From: Mariprofundaceae bacterium
GTDB lineage: Bacteria > Pseudomonadota > Zetaproteobacteria > Mariprofundales > Mariprofundaceae
Length of the DNA stretch: 59,505 bases
Direction: 5' to 3'
Assembly: GCA_030950745.1 (NCBI GenBank)
Contig: JAUZQZ010000024.1
Location: 1-59,505, forward strand
Under the pieces are notes generated by a model. It worked only from the letters and a program-made list of their open reading frames with translations, ran no database searches and was not told the origin of the DNA. A program made the position numbers and the translations under genes. Below are positions 9,146-18,683 of the stretch, one piece after another (positions within the stretch are counted from its first letter, which is position 1; every line of letters begins with the position of its first letter).

Positions 9146-9818
9146 CTCGTTTCTGATGGCAGATAAATACATATTCCTGGCCCAGCAATCTTTGATCCAG
9201 GTGCCGGACTTCGGGGATTTTCCGTTCTTCAATCAAGTCAAAATGCCGTATGAGTGTATTTTTGATACCCCTGTACGCATAGGAGTAGGGATTGGCCTCA
9301 TTGCGGAAAACAGGCAGGAAACGTTCCAACATATAGCGTAAACGAACGAGCAAGGATGGGAATACGGGCAACCCGAGAATCAATGTGCCTTCCGGCTTGA
9401 GCAAACGTACCATTTCATGCAAGGCCATTTCCGGATTGATGACGTAATCCAGCCCGTCAATGCAAAGGATGAGGTCGAAGGAAGCGTCCGGTTCCGGGAT
9501 GCTTTCGGCGGCAATGGCCAGGTGTTTCCCCTTGGGAAGTTTGCCCGGGAAGGTGCGGCGAAAATCGTCCAGCAAAGGGTCAAGGTAGGTCTTCCTTCCA
9601 TGTTCCAGAAAGCGTGCGGTGCAAACAGGGCCGCATCCTATATCCAGAATGGACGCGGTATCAGGAAGTTTTCCGGCATATGCTTCAAGCAGTGGCACAT
9701 AGAAGCTGCGAACCCGTTTCAATTCCTTCTCCAACATGTCTGCGCCATGCCAGTATTTAACCAGTCTTTTCTGCGATGCAAGCCAGCGGGTTTTATTGAT
9801 CGTTTTATGGTGTGCCAT
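9123..9818 (-). CDS. Class I SAM-dependent methyltransferase
   Basis: ILDIGCGPVCTARFL (motif I), FDLILCIDGLDYV and LLKPEGTLILG. ATG 9818 was chosen because the longer ORF (to 9968) overlaps the upstream acyltransferase. Confidence 0.7.
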   Translation of the reverse strand: MAHHKTINKTRWLASQKRLVKYWHGADMLEKELKRVRSFYVPLLEAYAGKLPDTASILDIGCGPVCTARFLEHGRKTYLDPLLDDFRRTFPGKLPKGKHLAIAAESIPEPDASFDLILCIDGLDYVINPEMALHEMVRLLKPEGTLILGLPVFPSLLVRLRYMLERFLPVFRNEANPYSYAYRGIKNTLIRHFDLIEERKIPEVRHLDQRLLGQEYVFICHQKRAKNGVRS

Positions 9819-10716
9819 ACACGACCTCAGTGATTTCTTTGTAATGCTCTTCCAGCAACTTCCAGCGCTGGTGACTCCACAGCCACATCTCGGGCCGCTG
9901 GTTGATGACGGGTTCGAAACTCTTACCGATACAATGCATGATCCGGTATATATCCGCATTCTTGTCACCCGTCATGGCGGGCATATCAATACGCCAGAAT
10001 TGTAAGCGGAAGCGGAAAGCTTTGCCGATGCGATGTAAAGCCACAGCGAAGACGGGCGTGTCATGCTTGGAGACAAATATCGCGGGTAGTGTTGTAGTGG
10101 TCGCCAGGTGTCCCAAAAATGGTACAGGCATGCCGCCCGATAGATGCTGATCCAGCAGAACGCATATACTGTGACCTTGTTTCAACGCCTTGAGCAACCA
10201 GTGTAAGCCTTCCTGGCGTGGATGCATGGATACGCCAAAGCGCTCGCGGCATTGCTTCACAAAGTGCTCAAGGGATGGTTGCTTAAGTGGCCGGTAAATA
10301 CAGTGCAGGTCGGATACAAACGTGGAGTACGCCATGCCGCACATTTCCCAGTTGCTATGATGGTAGAAGGTAAGGAACGCACCCTTACCCTGTGCCTTGG
10401 CAGCGAGGAGTTCATCTTCTCCTTCCACCTGTGTGCGTGATTGTAAAAAAGCTTTGGATCGCAGGAAAACATGCGGCGTTTCAAGAATGGTTCGGCCCAT
10501 TTCGGCAAAAGATTCCCGTGCAATACGATGACGCCAGCGACGGTCACGCTCGGGATAAATGCGCGCGAGATTACATTCAGCAATGCACCGTCGGCGCTTG
10601 ATCAGATAAAAACCTAGCCTTCCCAGCCCTGCGCCGATGGCACCTGCAAGGCGTACGGGAATCAAGCGGATGAACCAGAAGATGCCGCGTACCAGCGCGG
10701 CTTGCAGGATGTTCAT
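9805..10716 (-). CDS. Lipid A biosynthesis (Kdo)2-lipid IVA acyltransferase, LpxL/HtrB family
   Basis: N-terminal membrane anchor and the HX4D/E acyltransferase motif (YHHSNWEM). Position next to ycaR-lpxK. Confidence 0.75.
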   Translation of the reverse strand: MNILQAALVRGIFWFIRLIPVRLAGAIGAGLGRLGFYLIKRRRCIAECNLARIYPERDRRWRHRIARESFAEMGRTILETPHVFLRSKAFLQSRTQVEGEDELLAAKAQGKGAFLTFYHHSNWEMCGMAYSTFVSDLHCIYRPLKQPSLEHFVKQCRERFGVSMHPRQEGLHWLLKALKQGHSICVLLDQHLSGGMPVPFLGHLATTTTLPAIFVSKHDTPVFAVALHRIGKAFRFRLQFWRIDMPAMTGDKNADIYRIMHCIGKSFEPVINQRPEMWLWSHQRWKLLEEHYKEITEVVYGTP

Positions 10717-10889
10717 CAGTTGCCCGACAGACTCCGTGCCTCGTCAATCAGCATCACCGGGATATCATCCCGAATGGGGTATTCGAGCTTGCATGCCGTG
10801 CAGACAAGACCATCTTTGGCATCGTTGTATTCCACCTTACCCTTACATTTCGGGCAGGCTAGAATTTTCATCAATTCCTTATCCAGCAT
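10716..10889 (-). CDS. Trm112/YcaR (UPF0434) family zinc-ribbon protein
   Basis: MLDKELMKILACPKCKGKVEY...LVCTACKLEYPIRDDIPVMLIDEAR is the canonical family sequence. lpxK-ycaR synteny as in E. coli. Confidence 0.85.
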   Translation of the reverse strand: MLDKELMKILACPKCKGKVEYNDAKDGLVCTACKLEYPIRDDIPVMLIDEARSLSGN

Positions 10890-10931
10890 GTTTTTCTCCG
10901 GGCAGAGCTGGCGCAATACCAGCCGTTTTTA

Positions 10932-11044
10932 GCCGGGGCTATTCATAAATACTGCTGCGCCCTTACTTGTTCCTTTGTTCGCAAGAATTCGTTGCGAACA
11001 AAGGCCCTGCGCAATCATCACGGCGATTCATGAATAGTCCCGGC
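10932..11044. repeat. MITE-like palindromic repeat, copy A (113 bp)
   Basis: Termini GCCGGGGCTATTCATAAAT / ATTCATGAATAGTCCCGGC are inverted repeats with 2 mismatches. Central arms CCTTTGTTCGCAA-GAATTC-GTTGCGAACAAAGG. Fills the lpxK-ycaR gap. Confidence 0.85.
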
Positions 11045-12036
11045 TAGGTTTGACGCGAAAGAATGGTCTGAATGATGGCTTCCGGCAAGCCTTCTTCACC
11101 CTCACCTTCTAAGGGCAGCACCCACAACGGTTGTTTATCCGGCCATATTGCGGTTAGTTTAACAGCGTCTTTTTCCGTGGTGACGACAGGCAATCCTTCG
11201 CCAGTGATTTGTTCGATGTCGTTGCTGCAGTAACGGTAGTGATCAGGAAATATCATTTGATCTGCGACAGTAACGCCTTGTTGCTCCAAAGAATTTAGAA
11301 AACGTTGCGGGCGGGCAATGCCACATACGGCGACTATTTTTTCAGGCGTTGACGTATCAATTCCCTGAAGTTGTTGAAGCCCGGACGATTGCGTTTTCCA
11401 ACGCCACTCTTTTATTTGTGTGACAGGCATGGCCGATCCATCGCCAGTACGTACAACCAGATCGGCACGGGATAGTGCAGACATCGGCTCACGCAACGGC
11501 CCTGCGGGCAGCAGGTAGCCATTGCCGACACCCTGGGATGGAATAAGAACGATATCGCAGGCTCGTTCCAGCTGTTGGTATTGAAAGCCATCGTCAAAAA
11601 TGATGATATCACCCAACGCACCGGCCATGATGCTTGCTGCAACACGGTCACGTCCGGCAATGACGGGTGCAGCGCAAGAACGTGCCAGAAGCAACGCCTC
11701 ATCACCCACTTCATGTGCGGTGTCGTTTTTGTTGATCACGCGAGGCTGATTCAATTTGCCGCCATCGCCACGGCATAAAATTACAGGTTTGTATCCCCGT
11801 TGTTGCAACTGTTTGCATAGCCAGATAACGAACGGTGTTTTTCCGCTTCCGCCTACAGTGATATTACCGACTGAAATAAGGGGAACGGGTGGCGAAAGCA
11901 CATGACGTTTGCGTCTGGAAAGGTTCCACCTGTTGACGCACCCATAGATACGGCTTATCCAGCGCAGTAAGAGAGGCGGTAATTTTTCCTGCCACCACAG
12001 GTGCTCCATGTATTGATGCAAACCATGATTATTCAT
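11044..12036 (-). CDS. lpxK: Tetraacyldisaccharide 4'-kinase
   Basis: P-loop VGNITVGGSGKTPFVIWL and overall LpxK-like length and sequence. Confidence 0.9.
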   Translation of the reverse strand: MNNHGLHQYMEHLWWQEKLPPLLLRWISRIYGCVNRWNLSRRKRHVLSPPVPLISVGNITVGGSGKTPFVIWLCKQLQQRGYKPVILCRGDGGKLNQPRVINKNDTAHEVGDEALLLARSCAAPVIAGRDRVAASIMAGALGDIIIFDDGFQYQQLERACDIVLIPSQGVGNGYLLPAGPLREPMSALSRADLVVRTGDGSAMPVTQIKEWRWKTQSSGLQQLQGIDTSTPEKIVAVCGIARPQRFLNSLEQQGVTVADQMIFPDHYRYCSNDIEQITGEGLPVVTTEKDAVKLTAIWPDKQPLWVLPLEGEGEEGLPEAIIQTILSRQT

Positions 12037-12289
12037 GGTTCTGAATTAGCAGGCACTGTTTTTTCTTAGTATTTTCCACAACTCTTTGGTGCGCGTGTTT
12101 ATGTTTTTCTCCATTGTCATTCGCATTCCTTTAAGTGTAATGCGAAATTCACCTTAACGCCATTAAACAATGCCTGCTGGCTAATTGACAATCAATGTGT
12201 ATTTTTTTATCGTACAGAATCTATTTATTCTCCATCAAAATCACAGGGGAGCCCTTGAAGTTGAATACTGTGAAAAACGGCTTGTAACT

Positions 12290-13162
12290 ATGGCGTCTAA
12301 GGAAGACATTCAACACCACTATGACGTAAATAATGGTTTTTATAAGTTGTTTCTTGATGCAAATTACCGTGCGTATAGCTGTGGAGTTTGGGATGGTGCG
12401 ACCACCCTGGAGGAGGCTCAGGTAAATAAACTGAGCCGCTTGGCAAAATACGCGCATATTAAACAGGGAAGCAACATTCTGGACATAGGCTGTGGTTGGG
12501 GGGGGATGATGTCCTATGCCCTTGATGATTGTAGAGCATCTTCAGCTTGTGGCATTACCTTGAGCCAGCATCAGTACGATTATGTATCTGCCTTCGATAA
12601 CAATAAAGTAACCGTTGATTTGATGAATTGGTGCGATCTGGATACTGAAAAAAAGTTTGATGCCATTGTATCAATAGGCGCATTCGAACATTTTGCTACC
12701 CTCTCAGATAAATTTAAAAAGAATCATGCCGAAGTATACAGGTCATTCTTCAAGAAATGTTGGGACATCACTGTTGAGGGAAGCTATTTTGGGTTGCAGA
12801 CGATTGTTACAGTTCGAATGCCTGAGTCCAGAAAAGAGCTCAAGGACGTGAAGATGTTACTGCGAGATGTTTTTCCTGGCTCTTCATTGCCAACAATAAG
12901 CGATATACAGGCTTCAGCCGCTGGCTTATATGAAATCAATAAGCTGAAACTGATTGGTAAAGATTATAAAAAAACCCTTGATTGTTGGCTTGACAGACTC
13001 AAGGAAAATAAGGGAAACATCATTCAATCGTATGGTTCCGGGGTATATCATAGTTACTTTGAATACTTTGTGGCTGCAGGTTCTTGTTTTGAATCCGGGT
13101 TGATTGATCTTCTTCAGGTTTCATTGAAGCGGGTCGCACAAACACCCTGGTACATCAAATAA
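12290..13162 (+). CDS. Cyclopropane/methyl-branch fatty-acyl synthase family SAM methyltransferase (short CmaA/MmaA-like form)
   Basis: HYDVNNGFYKLFLD...YSCGVW...LEEAQVNKL...ILDIGCGWGGMM...SIGAFEHF... is collinear with mycolic-acid cyclopropane synthases. AT-rich gene on the opposite strand from its neighbours. Confidence 0.8.
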   Translation: MASKEDIQHHYDVNNGFYKLFLDANYRAYSCGVWDGATTLEEAQVNKLSRLAKYAHIKQGSNILDIGCGWGGMMSYALDDCRASSACGITLSQHQYDYVSAFDNNKVTVDLMNWCDLDTEKKFDAIVSIGAFEHFATLSDKFKKNHAEVYRSFFKKCWDITVEGSYFGLQTIVTVRMPESRKELKDVKMLLRDVFPGSSLPTISDIQASAAGLYEINKLKLIGKDYKKTLDCWLDRLKENKGNIIQSYGSGVYHSYFEYFVAAGSCFESGLIDLLQVSLKRVAQTPWYIK

Positions 13163-13188
13163 TAGCCATTCCAAAACAGGAGAAAAAG

Positions 13189-13437
13189 ATGAGTGACAAT
13201 GATATTTTTGTTAGAGTATCTAAAGTAATTAGCAATGTGTTAGATAAAAAACAGGAAGACATTAAAGCCAGTTCATCATTAAGGGATGATCTATCAGCGG
13301 ATTCTCTGGACAGTATTGAGATGATTATGGAACTTGAAGAAGAGTTTGGAATTGAGATCGGCGATAATCTGGAGTCAGACATTGTCACGGTATCTGATCT
13401 GGTCTCTCATGTAGAGCGCATATATGGAGCCAAATAA
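13189..13437 (+). CDS. Acyl carrier protein
   Basis: 82 aa, acidic, with the phosphopantetheine attachment motif LSADSLDSIEMIMELEEEFG. AGGAGAAAAAG precedes the ATG. Confidence 0.85.
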   Translation: MSDNDIFVRVSKVISNVLDKKQEDIKASSSLRDDLSADSLDSIEMIMELEEEFGIEIGDNLESDIVTVSDLVSHVERIYGAK

Positions 13438-13556
13438 GTACAGAGCTATTCAAGCAAGAGGCTAAACGGCTACCCTACCTTTCGAATTTGGCTGTATCCA
13501 ACGGGTACGGCACGCGCTTGAAAAATTCACTGGAAAAACCATTAGCTGCACAATCA

Positions 13557-14840
13557 TTACGTCGATTTATTAATAATCCGGACCAGAAAGGGAGAAAGGG
13601 AATCCATAATTTCCTTGAGTACCCCGGCATTATCCTGCATCAATGTTGCGGCATGAGCGTTTAAATATTTTAGATCATTGGGATGTTGAAGAAAACGCCG
13701 GACCGTTTCGTTCAGTGCTGGTGCATCTTCCGCAATCACCGCTGCGCCTTGCCGTTGCATATCTTGCATCACCTCACGAAAGTTTTGCACATGTGGGCCC
13801 GTGATGACGCCCCGTCCGCAAATCGCTGCCTCCAGCGGGTTATGTCCGCCGACAGGGGCAAGGCTGCCGCCGATAATAACGATATCGGCAATGGTATACA
13901 GTCGGGCCAATACGCCCATGGCGTCAATCAATACGATGTCGGATTGGGGGATGTGTTTTTTATCTGACCAGCGGAAAAAACGAATATCGTGTTGCTTGAG
14001 TATATCGGCTACGCCGTCGAAGCGTTCCGGATGTCTGGGAACCAGCAGCATCAGCAGGTCTGGTTGTAAACGTTTCCATTCCAGCCACATATCCAGCAGT
14101 ATTTTTTCCTCACCGCTGTGCGTGCTGGCGGCTAGCAGGATGGGACGTTTCATGCTTGTATCGAGTCTCTTTCGCAAACCTGCCGCATCAACTTCGGGTG
14201 GGTTGATGGCATATTTCAGATTTCCAACCGCTCGGATTCGATCAGAGTCGACGCCTATTCTGGCCAAGCGCTCGGCGTCAAGCTCACTTTGCGCCAAAAA
14301 GAGGGATACAGGGGATAACCAGCGTTTCCATAAAAATCGACTGGCACGGTAACGGGGAAAGGAACGATCGGAAATGCGCGTGTTGATGCCCACAATGGGG
14401 ATATTGCGCTTGTGACAGCCAGCCAGCATACCGGGCCAGAATTCCGTTTCGGCAAGCAGTAGCAGTCTGGGATCAAGCTGCCCGATGAATCTTCTCATTA
14501 GTCCGGGGATATCCCATGGGAGGTAGGAGATGCCAATCCGGCTGCCGAACAGGCGTTTTGCATGGGCAAAGCCGGTTTTTGTTACCACAGTCAGGTGTAT
14601 TGGCAAATGTAAGTGGATGAGTTCTTCAACCAGTGGCGCCACGGAACCCACTTCTCCGACCGAACAGGCATGCAGCCATACCGGGCGGTGCTCAGGATTA
14701 GGGAGATCAAGCGTTAAATGCTGGCGCCATTTTGATGTGCCATCAGGGTACATGGCCGTATTGCAGCAGGAAAGTTCACATCTATCCAGCGGTGAAAGTG
14801 TTTGGACACTTGATGATGAAGTTATAAAAAATCTATCCAT
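13557..14840 (-). CDS. waaA: 3-deoxy-D-manno-octulosonic acid (Kdo) transferase
   Basis: WLHACSVGEVGSVAPLVEEL and GGSL.P.GGHNPLEAA motifs of KdtA/WaaA. Confidence 0.9.
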   Translation of the reverse strand: MDRFFITSSSSVQTLSPLDRCELSCCNTAMYPDGTSKWRQHLTLDLPNPEHRPVWLHACSVGEVGSVAPLVEELIHLHLPIHLTVVTKTGFAHAKRLFGSRIGISYLPWDIPGLMRRFIGQLDPRLLLLAETEFWPGMLAGCHKRNIPIVGINTRISDRSFPRYRASRFLWKRWLSPVSLFLAQSELDAERLARIGVDSDRIRAVGNLKYAINPPEVDAAGLRKRLDTSMKRPILLAASTHSGEEKILLDMWLEWKRLQPDLLMLLVPRHPERFDGVADILKQHDIRFFRWSDKKHIPQSDIVLIDAMGVLARLYTIADIVIIGGSLAPVGGHNPLEAAICGRGVITGPHVQNFREVMQDMQRQGAAVIAEDAPALNETVRRFLQHPNDLKYLNAHAATLMQDNAGVLKEIMDSLSPFLVRIINKST

Positions 14841-14890
14841 GGCTTTTTTGACTGTCCGGAAAGTGAGAATTGTACTTCTTGCCTTCTTTA

Positions 14891-14925
14891 CAAATCAATC
14901 ACTTGCAGTGCAAGTCACTGATTTG
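14891..14925 (-). terminator. Stem-loop after fliW (possible terminator of the flgKL-csrA-fliW unit)
   Basis: 16-nt arms with 14/16 paired (CAAATCAGTGACTTGC / GCAAGTGATTGATTTG) and a 3-nt loop, 9 nt after the fliW stop. The U-tract is weak. Confidence 0.35.
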
Positions 14926-14933
14926 ATGTGTCG

Positions 14934-15368
14934 TCAGGTAAGTTGATCAGGTTGGGGAATCCAGTGGTAACGCAGTTCCAGATTGGGGTCTCTTTGAATG
15001 CACTGGATGCCAATACGTGCGTCCATATTAATTGCGACGGGAGCGCGCACATTGGCTGTAACCCATGTGCTATCCGCAAATGGATTGAGCACGAGCATCC
15101 ATAGAGGACGTTGGTCCAATGCAAGCTTCAGGCATGAAACCTGTTCCTGGGTGAGTGATGGTGAAGCGCCCAGCCGGCTCTCATCCCATGGGGTTATCAG
15201 AAGTGATGCCTCGGGATGATCCATGGATTGCATACAGGCAATATCTCCGTGACCGTTATAAATGAAACTGAAATTTTTCGCTTCCGGGAACCCGGCCATG
15301 CCTTGAGGAAAATTGAATGGAGGCGCTTCTTCTTCATGCCGTTCGGTTTGTTTTAAAGCTTTATTCAT
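14934..15368 (-). CDS. fliW: Flagellar assembly factor FliW
   Basis: FNFPQGMAGFPEAKNFSFI...LLITPW...LNPFAD...ANVRAPVAIN pattern of FliW. ATG 15368 overlaps the csrA stop (ATGAATAA). Confidence 0.8.
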   Translation of the reverse strand: MNKALKQTERHEEEAPPFNFPQGMAGFPEAKNFSFIYNGHGDIACMQSMDHPEASLLITPWDESRLGASPSLTQEQVSCLKLALDQRPLWMLVLNPFADSTWVTANVRAPVAINMDARIGIQCIQRDPNLELRYHWIPQPDQLT

Positions 15369-15600
15369 TGTTCGATTCCTTATTCGCGTTTCCACTGAAC
15401 CATGCAAGTGCATTACCATCACTGGCCGCCATGTTTTCATTCTGGATTAACTCATAAATTTCCATTCGGTGAACTGGAATTTCAGCCGGTGCCTCAATGC
15501 CGAAGCGCACATGACGCCCGTTTTGTACATCAACAACGGTAATCCTGATATCATCCCCAAGGTGGAAGGCTTGGCCAATTTTTCGTTTAAGCACCATCAT
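15361..15600 (-). CDS. csrA: Carbon storage regulator CsrA (flagellar type)
   Basis: MVLKRKIGQAFHLGDDIRITVVDVQNGRHVRFGIEAPAEIPVHRMEIYELI. Paired with fliW downstream of flgL. Confidence 0.9.
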   Translation of the reverse strand: MMVLKRKIGQAFHLGDDIRITVVDVQNGRHVRFGIEAPAEIPVHRMEIYELIQNENMAASDGNALAWFSGNANKESNNE

Positions 15601-16484
15601 CTGAGGAAATTCACAAGTGTTAAGCTACGAAGTGAAGCCACCTGGCTGAATGCTGCCTGCATGGCTACGCTGGCCTGCTGCAATTGGCTTATCGTGGCCG
15701 GGATATCCACACCTTCATGGTCATTCAGACGTTTTTCAAGGTTAAACTTCATATCCTCGAAGGACTGCTGTTGGAGGTTAAGAGTATGCACCCTGCTGCC
15801 CACTTCCGCAGTGAGGTCTGTCATACTATTGCCTGCTGTGTTTAATTGCCCCAAAGCAGTCTGAATACCGGTAATATTGTTCGTATTTAACGCTGTGTTC
15901 AGCGCCTGGATAGCGGAAAATGCCTGAGTAAAAGCTGTCTTATCGCCACGCACGTTGCTGGCAACTGTTTGAGACGAGCTTATGGCTACGGTGCGATCCG
16001 TAGCATTTCCGCTGTAGCTGACAACACCCGTTCCCGTGTTCAGCGTGAAGGCATTTTGATTGACTGCTGTTCCGGCAAACAGGGACTGCCCGTCTAGCTG
16101 CTGGTTGGCGAAGCCAAGCAGTTGATCACGCAGACGCGTAACTTCTACTGCCGCAACTTGCCGTTCCGATGCGCCGATTTGTCCCGAGGATTGCTGTACG
16201 GCCAAGGTCTGCGCCCGCACCAGTAATTGCTGCATACTGTTCAAGGTGCTCATACTGTTATTCAATCGTGTGCTGGCGGTATTAATGGCTTTCAGACTGG
16301 ACTGTACGCCTGTTTGTGCACTGCGGATGTCCAGTGAGGTTTTGTAGTCGAGAGCGGCTTGTGCAGGGCGCTGAAAACGTTTGCCCGAGGATACCTGTGC
16401 ATTCCCCCTCGCCTGAATATCAAGCTGATTACGGATGCCGGTCAGCAAGGTGTCGTAGAGTTGATTTTGGGTTACGCGCATCAT
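15597..16484 (-). CDS. flgL: Flagellar hook-associated protein 3
   Basis: Flagellin-like N and C termini (MRVTQNQLYDT...; ...SQVASLRSLTLVNFLR), 295 aa, follows flgK. Confidence 0.85.
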   Translation of the reverse strand: MMRVTQNQLYDTLLTGIRNQLDIQARGNAQVSSGKRFQRPAQAALDYKTSLDIRSAQTGVQSSLKAINTASTRLNNSMSTLNSMQQLLVRAQTLAVQQSSGQIGASERQVAAVEVTRLRDQLLGFANQQLDGQSLFAGTAVNQNAFTLNTGTGVVSYSGNATDRTVAISSSQTVASNVRGDKTAFTQAFSAIQALNTALNTNNITGIQTALGQLNTAGNSMTDLTAEVGSRVHTLNLQQQSFEDMKFNLEKRLNDHEGVDIPATISQLQQASVAMQAAFSQVASLRSLTLVNFLR

Positions 16485-16488
16485 TTTA

Positions 16489-18222
16489 TTACCGTATCAG
16501 GCCCATGAGTGAATCCAGCATCGTGTTAGTCGTCTGGATTACTTTGGCTGAAGCCTGGTAGGCCCGCTGGAATTTTATCATGGCAATCAACTCCTCATCC
16601 GTATTCACACCCGAGAAGGATTCCCGCTGGCTGGCCAGCGATTGTGACTCTGCTCCACGGAAGAGACGGTTCTGTCTGGCCGTGGCCACGTCCGTACCGT
16701 ATTGGCTGGAAAGGTTCGTGCTGCGATTATGCAAACTGGTCTGGGTGGTGCCGTCAAATGTAATCGCCGTATTTTGTAAGGTGAAAATACCGAGAGCCAC
16801 ACCGTTATCACCTGGTGGGTGCAGGGATGTGGTCGAGTTAATCACGCCTGCCGCGATATTATTGCCGTCGGCGGCAATGTTAGAGGAAATGGCAATATTC
16901 GAAGCATTTCCTCCATGAAAAAATGAATTCACTTCATAAGCAGCGAGGAAATTGCTGGTATCATTGCTGAAGCCTATTGTATTTCCTGCAACCGCATTGA
17001 TGATCAGGCGGCCCGTGGTGTCCACGCTGGCAGAGATGCCTGCCACGCCATTGAGTTGCGTGGCGACATCGTTAAGTTTGCTTGTGCCAGCGGTGATACT
17101 GATCGTTGCTCCTCCCGCCGGTGTAGGCGTTCCGGTGGAATCGTATACATGCACCTTAAAGGTGCCCGTGATGATCTGGCTGGCGAAAGGGACACTGGTA
17201 TCGGCGTCCACTGCAAGTGAGGTTCCAGTGAGGTCAGTGGCTGTCTGCCCTGATGTTACCGTAGCAGGCAGAGTCTGGCCCACGCCGCTGGTGTGTAATT
17301 GATTAACGCCAAAGGTGAGATTAGCAGCAATACTGTCCACTTGTGTGATATAACTGGACAGTTGCCCGTCACGTAGTGCAAGCATCCCCCCGATTTTACC
17401 TCCCTGATTTAAGCCCTGCACCACTGCATTGGTGTTCTGGATAACGATACTGGGAAAACCTGATGGTCCGACGCCTCCTCTGGCCAAATGGCGCACTGTA
17501 TTATCCTGAACGAGCAAATCGCCTCCTTTGCTCTGGATGATAAACTCACCATTTGCACCGTTAACAACCTGCACCGGAAGTAGCTTGGCGAGGTTGCTTA
17601 CAGCCAGTTCCCGCTGATCCCTTAAATCATTGGCCTGGCCGTTGATGCCAACCTCTCTGGTTCTGATCTGATCATTCAATGATGCAATCTTGTCCAGCAG
17701 AATATTGGCTTGAGTGATACTCTGGTCAATGTTGGCATCGGCGCTGGTTTGTGCGGCCACCAGTTGGCTGCGCATGCCGGAGAGTTCATTGACAATATCC
17801 TGTGCGTGGGCACGGATATTAAATCGTTGGGCCGTATCCTGTGGGTTGTTGGCCAATTGTTGGAATGCCTGAAAGAAGGCATCCAGACTGGTCGCCAGTC
17901 CCGGTGTGCCCAGGCTCCCGAATACGCTTTCCACCGCGTTTAAGCCCTGTTCCACAGTATTGGAAAAGGTAAATTGGCTACCATTATTGACTTGTGCCCG
18001 AATCAGAAAGGGATCTACAACACGGCGTATATCCGATAGTTGTACGCCACGGCCAAAGTTGAATCCGTCCAGTTGTTCCGCAACTGCCGTCCCCAGGGTG
18101 GGTGTCTGGCGCGAATAGCCGGGTGTGTTCACATTGGCGATGTTGTTGGATACGACGTTGATCGCCTGTTGCTGAGCCTTCAGTGATGATGAGGCAATAT
18201 TCAGGGCACCGAAAAGACTCAT
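16489..18222 (-). CDS. flgK: Flagellar hook-associated protein 1
   Basis: N-terminal SLFGALNIASSSLKAQQQAINVVSNNIANVNTPGYSRQ and C-terminal FQRAYQASAKVIQTTNTMLDSL rod/hook family motifs. Confidence 0.9.
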   Translation of the reverse strand: MSLFGALNIASSSLKAQQQAINVVSNNIANVNTPGYSRQTPTLGTAVAEQLDGFNFGRGVQLSDIRRVVDPFLIRAQVNNGSQFTFSNTVEQGLNAVESVFGSLGTPGLATSLDAFFQAFQQLANNPQDTAQRFNIRAHAQDIVNELSGMRSQLVAAQTSADANIDQSITQANILLDKIASLNDQIRTREVGINGQANDLRDQRELAVSNLAKLLPVQVVNGANGEFIIQSKGGDLLVQDNTVRHLARGGVGPSGFPSIVIQNTNAVVQGLNQGGKIGGMLALRDGQLSSYITQVDSIAANLTFGVNQLHTSGVGQTLPATVTSGQTATDLTGTSLAVDADTSVPFASQIITGTFKVHVYDSTGTPTPAGGATISITAGTSKLNDVATQLNGVAGISASVDTTGRLIINAVAGNTIGFSNDTSNFLAAYEVNSFFHGGNASNIAISSNIAADGNNIAAGVINSTTSLHPPGDNGVALGIFTLQNTAITFDGTTQTSLHNRSTNLSSQYGTDVATARQNRLFRGAESQSLASQRESFSGVNTDEELIAMIKFQRAYQASAKVIQTTNTMLDSLMGLIR

Positions 18223-18683
18223 GCCGAGCGTCCCGGCCCGTAAGTCTGTTTGGTTTCAACGGCACCAATGTGTTGCAATACGCCGATGGTCACATCGAAT
18301 GCAGCTTTGAGATGGATTCGGCTTTCTTCACTTACTTCATTGATATGCATCATACGCGTATACAGGGTGCGTCTGAGGGCCTGGAGTTCATGTGCATGAT
18401 GGGTGGCAAACAGGTCAATAAAAACTCTGAGAGGCATATCCTCCGGAACGTTGTATTGTGCCAGAAGTTTGCGGCACTGGTTTTCCATTTCCATGAGTGC
18501 CTGGTGTGATTGGCTACGTAATTCTGATAGTTGCATCAAACCTGCCGCATCAAAGTTGCGGGCGGCTTTGCGCTCATGTTCGGTAATTTGTTCGATATTG
18601 CGGGCGCAGGCATCCATGTTTTTCAGCAGCCCGTCCAATTCTTCCAAATGGATGGTTTGCATCTGTTCGGGTGCGGCTACCAT
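18219..18683 (-). CDS. flgN: FlgN-like flagellar export chaperone
   Basis: 154-aa helical protein between flgM and flgK, with stop/start overlaps on both sides. Call is mainly positional. Confidence 0.5.
   Translation of the reverse strand: MVAAPEQMQTIHLEELDGLLKNMDACARNIEQITEHERKAARNFDAAGLMQLSELRSQSHQALMEMENQCRKLLAQYNVPEDMPLRVFIDLFATHHAHELQALRRTLYTRMMHINEVSEESRIHLKAAFDVTIGVLQHIGAVETKQTYGPGRSA

Noticed and set aside
9114-9341. Plus-strand ORF whose N-terminus (MRHSRPDPIL) is identical to that of waaF
   Set aside because: It is a mirror artefact of the perfect 32-bp inverted repeat. The ORF runs antisense to a well-supported methyltransferase gene and has no family features.
13438-13556. Convergent gap between the ACP gene and waaA, checked for a bidirectional terminator
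   Set aside because: I could not find a convincing GC-rich hairpin with U/A tracts by eye. It needs computational folding before any call.
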